Source: Polyangiales bacterium (GTDB taxonomy: Bacteria; Myxococcota_A; Polyangia; Polyangiales; Polyangiaceae). Taken from it: a DNA stretch of 64,000 nt. Location of the stretch: NCBI GenBank assembly GCA_038231275.1, contig JBBRLQ010000036.1:1-64000 (forward strand), written 5' to 3'. This document shows, one piece after another, positions 62,171 to 64,000 of this stretch (position 1 is the stretch's first letter; every line of letters begins with the position of its first letter). Under the pieces are notes generated by a model. That model saw only the letters and a list, made by a program, of their open reading frames with translations, was not told the DNA's origin and made no database searches. A program made the translations under genes and the position numbers.

Positions 62171-63417
62171 AGCTGAACCTCCAGCGTGAACGCGCCGATG
62201 CCGGAGACCCGGTGCGTGAGGTAGATGTCGTCGAGGTACTGCGTCGTCGTCACGTTGAGGTCGAGTCCCAGGATGAACGTGTCGGGGTGCTCGCTGGCGC
62301 CGACCTTCCAGCGGAAGCTCCCTCCCCCGGTGCCGCTCCACAGCGGGCCGAGCTCGCGATCGCCAGTTCTGAGCGCAGGGAAATCGAAGCCCGGCTGCAT
62401 CACGTAGGCGCGCTGCCAGAAGTTGACGGCCTTCTGCACGTGGAAGCGCAAGTGCGGGCCCATCTCCACGCGGCGGCTCACGTCGATCGGAGCGCGGAAA
62501 TCCGTGGTGCTCGCGATCATCGCCCACGAATCCGCGTAGACGCGCTGGTCCCCGCGCAGCGTGAGCGGATCCATGCGGTGCGCGATTCGACCGCTGAGCG
62601 CGAAGCGGTCGCGCGTGAGAGGCAGCTGCTCGAGGGGGCGCGCGGAGAGGCGAAGCTGCGCGACCTGCTCGGGAGGCGCGCCGCGCGCGACCTCGGTCCC
62701 TGGCGCGAAGATGGGGACGTAGCGGTAAGGCTTCGAAGGATCGCCGCGCTCGAAGATCGTGTCGAGGACGACCGACGCTACGGTGACGCGGTCGACGAGG
62801 AAGGTCGCCCCCAGCTTGAACGCGTGGCGATCGAGCTGCCGATTGAAGAGCGACCACGCGGTACCGGTTCGCCCGGCGATGTCGTGCCCGAACGCGTAGC
62901 CGCCGAGGAGCGTCACGCGCTTGTCGAAGAGATCCTTCACGACCGCCGCGCTCCCCGTGACGGAGAGGTAGTCCGGCTCGCTCGAGACGTTCACTCCCGC
63001 GCGAGCACCGAACGTGTCCGGCTTGTATTCCACGTCCGCCGAGCCGACGTGGCGGATCTCCTCCCACCGTCGCGACGCCGTCGACACGATGTCCACCGAC
63101 GCCGCCGACACGACGTCCACGAGGTAGCGGCCGTTCAACGTCCAGCCGGCGGTCGGGTTCACGATGCTCGCGGCGATCGTCGGCGTCACGACGAACACGT
63201 GATCGGTGTCCGCATAGGCGGCCGCTTCGCTCGAGGCGCGCACGTCGATCGCGCGGGCCGGTGGAGGAGGCGGCGCAGGGGCGTCGGCGGGCTTTTCTTC
63301 GGGCGGCGCGTACACCTCGGTAGGTGGAGCCTCCTCGGCGCGCGCGACCTCAGCAACCGCGAGGATGAGCGCGACGGTCGCCGCGCTCGAGGCTCGACGG
63401 CTCAATTGCATCCACAT
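62167..63417 (-). CDS. DUF3570-family probable outer-membrane beta-barrel protein
   Basis: Signal peptide; VDVVSAAS.D..S.AS, S.EPDY.S, EQLP..R.R, R.Y.DSW; terminal beta strand FTLEVQL; next to DUF4266. Confidence 0.82.
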   Translation of the reverse strand: MWMQLSRRASSAATVALILAVAEVARAEEAPPTEVYAPPEEKPADAPAPPPPPARAIDVRASSEAAAYADTDHVFVVTPTIAASIVNPTAGWTLNGRYLVDVVSAASVDIVSTASRRWEEIRHVGSADVEYKPDTFGARAGVNVSSEPDYLSVTGSAAVVKDLFDKRVTLLGGYAFGHDIAGRTGTAWSLFNRQLDRHAFKLGATFLVDRVTVASVVLDTIFERGDPSKPYRYVPIFAPGTEVARGAPPEQVAQLRLSARPLEQLPLTRDRFALSGRIAHRMDPLTLRGDQRVYADSWAMIASTTDFRAPIDVSRRVEMGPHLRFHVQKAVNFWQRAYVMQPGFDFPALRTGDRELGPLWSGTGGGSFRWKVGASEHPDTFILGLDLNVTTTQYLDDIYLTHRVSGIGAFTLEVQL

Positions 63418-63617
63418 CCACCGCCCGCGGAGAGCCCTCCGCCGATCGCGCCTTCGTGCACGGCGCGCACGTGCTCTTCGCCGACGCCACCCATGTCCGA
63501 CATCGTCATCGTCGGATGCGCCAGCGCCCCGCGCTCGTACGGCGCCACGCGCGCGCACGCCGCAGACGAGAGCGAGAGCGCGAGGGCGGTGGCGAAGACG
63601 ATCGAGGCGCGGGTCAT
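63402..63617 (-). CDS. DUF4266-family small lipoprotein
   Basis: SAAC.RV.PYERG.LA...M...H....EG..GG....GGGCGCN signature. Confidence 0.9.
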   Translation of the reverse strand: MTRASIVFATALALSLSSAACARVAPYERGALAHPTMTMSDMGGVGEEHVRAVHEGAIGGGLSAGGGCGCN

Positions 63618-63651
63618 GGGTCGAGGCTCCTAGGCAGGACGCTCAAACGGC

Positions 63652-64000
63652 TCAAACGGCGAGTCGCGTAGCGGCGTCGACTTGCTGGCCGCCGTGGACG
63701 GTGACGTTCCCCGCCGTGTCGGCGCTCACGGCGAAGTGAACGAGCGGCGCGGTCGCAGGTCCGGCGGTGACGGCGCCGTTCACGTCGAACGTGCTCCCGT
63801 GGCAGGCGCACGAGATCCCTGCCGGCGACACGGTACCATGCTCGGCGATGTCGCATGCCTGGTGCGTGCACGTCAGCGTCATCGCGTAGATCCCTCTGGC
63901 GTCGCGACCGATCGCCGCGGAGACGCCCGCGACGATCCGCAACGACCCGACCGGCAAGGCGGCCACGGTGCCTCCGGACACGTCGCCGAACGCTTCGGGT
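63652..64000 (-). CDS. Rieske [2Fe-2S] protein (5' end probably beyond the window)
   Basis: CTHQAC and CACHGSTFD..G....GPA..PL Rieske boxes. Confidence 0.9.
   Translation of the reverse strand, partial: PEAFGDVSGGTVAALPVGSLRIVAGVSAAIGRDARGIYAMTLTCTHQACDIAEHGTVSPAGISCACHGSTFDVNGAVTAGPATAPLVHFAVSADTAGNVTVHGGQQVDAATRLAV

Noticed and set aside
63641..63660. Direct repeat GCTCAAACG x2 at the Rieske stop codon
   Set aside because: It is too short to call a regulatory site or target-site duplication, and no mobile element is associated with it.

Overview
This is a very GC-rich bacterial chromosomal window. Its gene content points to a myxobacterium, probably Polyangiaceae/Labilithrix-like (inference): several Ser/Thr kinases, an FHA protein, TSP3-OmpA proteins, an AgmX/GltJ-like protein and Cys-rich lipoproteins. 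Housekeeping genes include rpmH-rnpA-yidD-yidC-jag, scpA-scpB, trpE, frmA, pmbA, a thiolase, a MaoC-type hydratase and WS/DGAT. Signalling loci include an MCP-less chemosensory operon with a HEAT-repeat gene, an FHA / kinase-FGE / FGE cluster, and two tandem histidine kinases. The best candidate for an undescribed system is at the right edge: a coupled Rieske - DUF4266 - DUF3570 - dihaem lipoprotein - CX4CH lipoprotein operon that could be an envelope electron-transfer module. Other notable items are a kinase + ATPase-degenerate kinase + pseudo-receiver triad, a Kal-Kce fusion, a 5'-nucleotidase-like lipoprotein that has lost most metal ligands, an orphan FliR/SctT gene, and two single-base frameshifts that may be assembly errors. 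I saw no rRNA, tRNA, CRISPR array or mobile element. All family calls come from motif recognition by eye, not database searches.
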